A model generated the notes under the pieces. The model saw only the letters and a program-made list of their open reading frames with translations. It did not search any database and had not been told where the DNA came from. Both the position numbers and the translations under genes were made by a program. DNA of 19,800 nt from Fibrobacterales bacterium (lineage in GTDB: Bacteria; Fibrobacterota; Fibrobacteria; Fibrobacterales; JAOPTW01): NCBI GenBank assembly GCA_051532035.1, contig JAOPTW010000046.1, positions 1 to 19,800 on the forward strand. The letters run 5' to 3'. Shown here one piece after another: positions 15,826 to 19,800 of the stretch (the stretch's first letter is position 1; every line of letters starts with the position of its first letter).

Positions 15826-16683
15826 TTAATTACCGATAAGATATTTATAAAGCTCAGACCTTGGAGAAATGACCAGAGTAGTTGAACTGTCTGTTGTCAA
15901 AGTAAGAGTTTTAAGTGATCGATAAAAAGCATAGAAATCTGGGTCAACGTTATAGGCGTCAGAATAGATTTTTGCAATGGTACCTTCGGCTTTCGCTTTG
16001 ATGAATTTACTCTCACGCGTTGCATTCGCTTTAATGATCGCCGTTTCTTTGTCAGTCTCAGCTTTAATACGTAGATACTCTTCTTCACCACGAGATCTAA
16101 ATTGATGGGCTTCTTTATAGCGCTCAGCTTTCATTCGGTCATAGGCTTTTTGTACGTTGACATCAGGGAGCTCAACCTTTTTTATTCGTAAATCAACGAT
16201 CTCGATCCCAAGAGTTTTGGCGTTCATTTTTGCAATAGCAAAAGCTTCTTGAGTAACGATTTCTCTATCAGTAGTGATAATAGATCTCAGGTCTTTAGTA
16301 CCAAGAATATCTTTGAGAGCATTATGCGCAATGACAGAAACACGGCGTTGTGCTCGAGGGATATTTGAAAGACTATTGCGAAAGGTTTTTGGGTCTTCAA
16401 TTTTCCATTTCACATAGTTGTCGAGGATCAGTTTTTTCTTATCACCCGTTACAATGTTTTCGGGACGAGAATCTACCGTCAGAATCTTAGCATTGTAAAT
16501 GGTGCGTTTTTCGATAAAAGGGATTTTAAACTTAAGTCCAGGCTCTGTATAAACATCGCTAATCTCACCAAGGCGAGTAACAACGGCATATTCTGTCTGG
16601 TTTACAATGAAGATAAAACCAGATAAAAAGAGAAGAACAGGGATGGTAATAATGACGATAGCTGCAATGATTAGTTTCTTCAT
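15826..16683 (-). CDS. hflC: FtsH protease modulator HflC (SPFH family)
   Basis: N-terminal TM helix, EPGLKFKIPFIE, TGDKKKLILDNYVKWKIEDP, YDRMKAER and DPDFYAFYRSL. ATGA overlap with hflK and a GGAGGT SD. Confidence 0.93.
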   Translation of the reverse strand: MKKLIIAAIVIITIPVLLFLSGFIFIVNQTEYAVVTRLGEISDVYTEPGLKFKIPFIEKRTIYNAKILTVDSRPENIVTGDKKKLILDNYVKWKIEDPKTFRNSLSNIPRAQRRVSVIAHNALKDILGTKDLRSIITTDREIVTQEAFAIAKMNAKTLGIEIVDLRIKKVELPDVNVQKAYDRMKAERYKEAHQFRSRGEEEYLRIKAETDKETAIIKANATRESKFIKAKAEGTIAKIYSDAYNVDPDFYAFYRSLKTLTLTTDSSTTLVISPRSELYKYLIGN

Positions 16684-17633
16684 TTTGTACCTCCAAGGTT
16701 TAAGAGATTTAACTGAGAACCATTACCATCAACAATAAATTTTTTCAAGTTAGGTAACACCTCTTCCATCGCTTCAAGGTACAGACGTTTTTTAGTTACG
16801 GCTTTTGCCCCTTTATATTTTGCATAGATCTCTTTGAATTCAGCAACATTACCTTCTGCTTCTGCGATACGAGTAATGGCATGTGCTTCAGCCCCTTTAA
16901 TTGTTTTAGTAGCATAACCACGAGCCTTTGGGACTTGCTTGTTTTGATACCCAAGTGCTTTTTCTACAGAGATAGCGGAGTCTTGTTTGGCACTCTCTAC
17001 ACTTTCAAATGCTTCACGGACCTCTTTGGGGTTCAGTACTTTAACAAGTTGTACCCGTTGAATTGCAACACCCATGTCGTATTTATCGAGTACCTTTTGG
17101 AGCTCTTTAAATACTTCGTCTGCAATTTCTGCTTTTTTCTCTGTCAAGATATCATCAGTTTTATAGAGCCCTATAACTGCTTTAAGAGCTGCTTCAGAAG
17201 CATCTCTGATGGTTTCTTCGGGTTCTTCAATTTTGGTAACATAGGTGACCGGATCATTTATTTTATAGTTTATCACTGCTTCAACATCAACAATGTTTGC
17301 ATCGGCTGTTAATACGAGTGCCTCTTTAGGCTTGTGACGACTGGATTGCGCATCCTCAGAATCAGATTCTTCAAATCCTAGTGTAATTTTGCGGTCTTTT
17401 TCCACATCAATCAAAATAATATCTTGAATAGGGTAGGGGAGTCTCATGTGTGGCCCTTCTCCAAGTGGTTCAGGATCCACGACACCTAAGTTAAATACTA
17501 CTGCTTTTTCATAACTTTCTACGATAACAAAAAATGATTTTTGAAAATAGTAGAGTACGAGGCCTGCAGCAATCACAAGAAGGAGCAGCCATGCTATCTT
17601 GTCATTGGGCCCTTTTGATTTTGATTCGCTCAT
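16680..17633 (-). CDS. hflK: FtsH protease modulator HflK (SPFH family)
   Basis: TM helix, GPHMRLPYPI, LTADANIVDV..INYKINDP, PKEVREAF, VPKARG.A and VTKKRLYLEAMEEVL. Directly upstream of hflC. Confidence 0.93.
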   Translation of the reverse strand: MSESKSKGPNDKIAWLLLLVIAAGLVLYYFQKSFFVIVESYEKAVVFNLGVVDPEPLGEGPHMRLPYPIQDIILIDVEKDRKITLGFEESDSEDAQSSRHKPKEALVLTADANIVDVEAVINYKINDPVTYVTKIEEPEETIRDASEAALKAVIGLYKTDDILTEKKAEIADEVFKELQKVLDKYDMGVAIQRVQLVKVLNPKEVREAFESVESAKQDSAISVEKALGYQNKQVPKARGYATKTIKGAEAHAITRIAEAEGNVAEFKEIYAKYKGAKAVTKKRLYLEAMEEVLPNLKKFIVDGNGSQLNLLNLGGTK

Positions 17634-17872
17634 ATTTTTCCTATGGATAAATGATTATTATTATATGAAAAGGTATAATAAATGGCTCTTTTTACCCACA
17701 AAAAGCAGTATTTGTTTAAAATATGAATAAATATAGTCTTGGTGTTTGTAGAGTAAATCATGAGTATTTCTACTTGGAATAGCACGCAGGGTGACTACTG
17801 TTTTTGATAATTATATAAGATGATTTGTAATGTTTATTATTTTTATTCAAAACATCTTCTAGGAATCGCATA

Positions 17873-18691
17873 ATGGATCTACTTCAAAAAATTGCTGAGT
17901 GTACTGCTTTTATATCTGAAAAAACTTCAGTGAAACCACAAGTGGGAATAATTCTAGGTACAGGTCTTGGTGGGTTAGTCAATCATATCGAGATCGAAAC
18001 TACCATTGACTACTCTGATATTCCCCATTTCGTAGCGCCAACAGTAATGGAGCACGAAGGGAAATTGATATTTGGCACCATAGAAGGTAAAGCTGTGATG
18101 GTGATGCAGGGGCGCTTTCATTTTTATGAAGGATACAGCCTCGAAGAAATAACATTTCCGGTACGGGTGATGAAAGCAATTGGCTGTGAGTACATGTTTG
18201 TATCTAATGCCTGTGGCGGAATCAATCCTAAATTTAAAGCAGGTGATGTGATGCTTATTGAAGATCATATCAATTTGCTTGGTACCAGTCCACTGGTTGG
18301 TAAAAATCATACTGAATTAGGGGACCGATTTCCTGATATGATTGAACCCTATAATAATGAGTTAAGAGCGCTTGCAAAACGTGCCTGTCTCGAAGATAAA
18401 ATTCCTGTGCAAGAAGGAGTTTATGCAGTAATGTCGGGGCCAAACCTCGAAACTCGTGCTGAGTATCGAATGCTCGGTATTATTGGCGCCGATGTTATTG
18501 GGATGTCTACTGTTCCTGAAGCTACTGTCGCAGTACATGCTGGTCTTAAGACACTGGGAATTTCAGTAATCACTGACGAGTGCCTTCCCGATGCTCTGAA
18601 GCCAGTCAATTTGGATAAGATTATTGCAACGGCTATGGGGGCGGAACCCAAGTTAGTGGGAATCATCAAAGGCGTTTTGAGCAGGCTCTAA
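17873..18691 (+). CDS. punA: Purine nucleoside phosphorylase, trimeric (mammalian-like PunA/XapA) family
   Basis: GIILGTGLG, MQGRFHFYEGY, FPVRVM, SNACGGIN, DHINL, GPNLETRAE and GADVIGMSTVPE motifs. Confidence 0.92.
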   Translation: MDLLQKIAECTAFISEKTSVKPQVGIILGTGLGGLVNHIEIETTIDYSDIPHFVAPTVMEHEGKLIFGTIEGKAVMVMQGRFHFYEGYSLEEITFPVRVMKAIGCEYMFVSNACGGINPKFKAGDVMLIEDHINLLGTSPLVGKNHTELGDRFPDMIEPYNNELRALAKRACLEDKIPVQEGVYAVMSGPNLETRAEYRMLGIIGADVIGMSTVPEATVAVHAGLKTLGISVITDECLPDALKPVNLDKIIATAMGAEPKLVGIIKGVLSRL

Positions 18692-18694
18692 TCA

Positions 18695-18782
18695 TGTAAT
18701 ACTTCGTTATGAAGGATTCGACGTACTTTTCGTACGCCTTCATCCTTCATGCCTCGTCTTCCATAACTATATCCTGCTCAAA
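18695..18782. repeat. Palindromic intergenic repeat, copy 1 (88 bp)
   Basis: Ungapped 73/88 identity to 18808-18895. Nested stems ATGAAGGAT/ATCCTTCAT (18709-18717 / 18742-18750) and CGTAC-TTTTC-GTACG (18722-18736). Confidence 0.9.
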
Positions 18783-18807
18783 CGAAATATTGAAATTGAA
18801 AAATTAG

Positions 18808-18895
18808 TGTAATGTTTCATTACGAAGGATTCAACGTGCTTTTCGTACGTCTTCACCCTTCATGTCTCGATTTCCAAAATTATATCCAGATCAAA
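18808..18895. repeat. Palindromic intergenic repeat, copy 2 (88 bp, more degenerate)
   Basis: Direct repeat of 18695-18782 with a 113-bp period. Retains GAAGGAT..ACGTGC-TTTTC-GTACGT..ACCCTTC. Confidence 0.9.
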
Positions 18896-18935
18896 TGGTC
18901 AGATTTTAGGGATTAAAATTCGGTGTACTTGAGTA

Positions 18936-18980
18936 CCCCTCTTTTCTTTTGATACAATAGGATAAAAAGAGGGGATTCTT
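18936..18980 (+). terminator. Possible terminator-like hairpin between punA and ileS
   Basis: CCCCTCTTTT (18936-18945) / AAAAGAGGGG (18965-18974) with a 19-nt interior and a weak tail ATTCTT. Confidence 0.45.
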
Positions 18981-19094
18981 GTGCCCTTCAGTCCACATAC
19001 ATCGGCCTTTCTGCGAAAATTTGCTATTTTTGCACTAGAATGAAAATTTCCGGGTTTTTAACCCTACCTGTAATTCAGAATAAGTGAAGTAACT

Positions 19095-19799
19095 ATGTTT
19101 AGAAATATCGACAAGTCAGAGAGTTTCCCACAAATTGAGAGCAAAATACTCAACTTATGGGATAAGGATGAGGCATTTAAAAAGTCTCTTGATCAGAAAG
19201 ATGCGAGCAATAGCTTTGTCTTTTATGATGGTCCTCCATTTGCAACAGGCCTTCCACATTATGGTCACCTTCTTGCAGGGACACTCAAAGATATTATTCC
19301 ACGTTACTGGAGTATGAAAGGGAAATATGTGCCCCGTCGTTTTGGTTGGGATTGTCATGGACTTCCCGTTGAGAGCCTTGTTCAAAATGAATTGAAACTT
19401 GATGGCGTTGCTGCTATTAAAGAGTTTGGCGAAGGCAACTTTAATGAAGAATGTCGTAAAAGTGTAATGACCTATACCGAAGAGTGGCGTAAGACTGTTG
19501 GAAAAATGGGCCGCTGGGTTGACTTTGATAACGGCTACAAAACCATGGATAAAGACTTTATGGAGTCGGTGTGGTGGGTATTTAAAGAGTGCTTTGATAA
19601 AGGGTTAATCTATCAAGGGTACCGCATTCAGCCGTATTCACCATCTCTTGCGACTCCTCTCTCAAATTTTGAAACGAATCAAGGTTATCGAGATCGTCAA
19701 GATCCATCACTTACCGTCGAGTTCGCTCTAGTGGACAGTGATGAACATATCATAGTGTGGACTACTACTCCATGGACGCTCCCGTCTAACATGGCGTTG
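19095..19799 (+). CDS. ileS: Isoleucyl-tRNA synthetase, type 2 (archaeal/eukaryote-like); 3'-truncated by the window edge, absent from the ORF track
   Basis: Manual translation from ATG 19095: MFRNIDKSESFPQIESKIL..W..FVFYDGPPFATGLPHYGHLL..RRFGWDCHGLPVE..GRWVDFDNGYKTMD..ESVWWVFK..TPLSNFE..WTTTPWTLPSNMAL. Open to the end of the window. Confidence 0.97.
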   Translation, partial: MFRNIDKSESFPQIESKILNLWDKDEAFKKSLDQKDASNSFVFYDGPPFATGLPHYGHLLAGTLKDIIPRYWSMKGKYVPRRFGWDCHGLPVESLVQNELKLDGVAAIKEFGEGNFNEECRKSVMTYTEEWRKTVGKMGRWVDFDNGYKTMDKDFMESVWWVFKECFDKGLIYQGYRIQPYSPSLATPLSNFETNQGYRDRQDPSLTVEFALVDSDEHIIVWTTTPWTLPSNMAL

Positions 19800-19800
19800 G

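Noticed and set aside
8221..18669. Small ORFs nested within the surface-protein genes, hflKC and punA (e.g. 8221..8577, 16881..17312, 17975..18310)
   Set aside because: Fully nested in longer supported CDSs with no independent evidence.
18695..18895. CRISPR array or attC cassette array interpretation of the tandem repeat
   Set aside because: Only two units, 88 bp long with a 25-bp gap and 15 mismatches. No cas or integrase gene and no cassette ORFs between the units.
19021..19041. Candidate ileS promoter (TATTTTTG matching Bacteroidota TAnnTTTG at 19025-19032; TAGAAT at 19036-19041)
   Set aside because: No matching upstream -33 or -35 element at proper spacing, and such motifs arise easily in AT-rich DNA.
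18692..19094. T-box riboswitch upstream of ileS
   Set aside because: No GGTGGNACC T-box sequence or recognisable stem I. The space is accounted for by the repeats and one hairpin.
19135..19385. ORFs 19135..19317 (+) and 19155..19385 (-)
   Set aside because: Out-of-frame and antisense shadows of ileS, which the track missed because it has no stop codon in the window.

Overview
AT-rich bacterial window whose surface proteins point to Fibrobacterota or a related FCB-group lineage (inference). It has three parts. (1) A conserved housekeeping operon on +: infB (5'-truncated)-rbfA-truB-ribF-rpsO-pnp, with intrinsic terminators after rpsO and pnp. (2) An ~8 kb block of two large, signal-peptide-bearing, distantly paralogous surface proteins (1086 aa and ~1459 aa). 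They have different N-terminal heads (the second has a fibro-slime/PA14 domain and Calx-beta), cadherin/Ig-like stalks and a shared C-terminal module resembling an expanded T9SS-type sorting domain. Both are strongly enriched in D-[ST]-[AILVMT] motifs, and two TGTATACA operator-like palindromes lie between them. (3) Convergent hflK-hflC (-), a divergent trimeric-type purine nucleoside phosphorylase with Asp at the specificity position, a tandem pair of 88-bp palindromic repeats, and the 5' part of a type-2 ileS that the ORF track does not list. I saw no transposase, CRISPR array, tRNA or rRNA. The best candidate for an under-described system is the modular, probably secreted and O-glycosylated, operator-controlled adhesin pair. 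All counts and alignments were done by eye.
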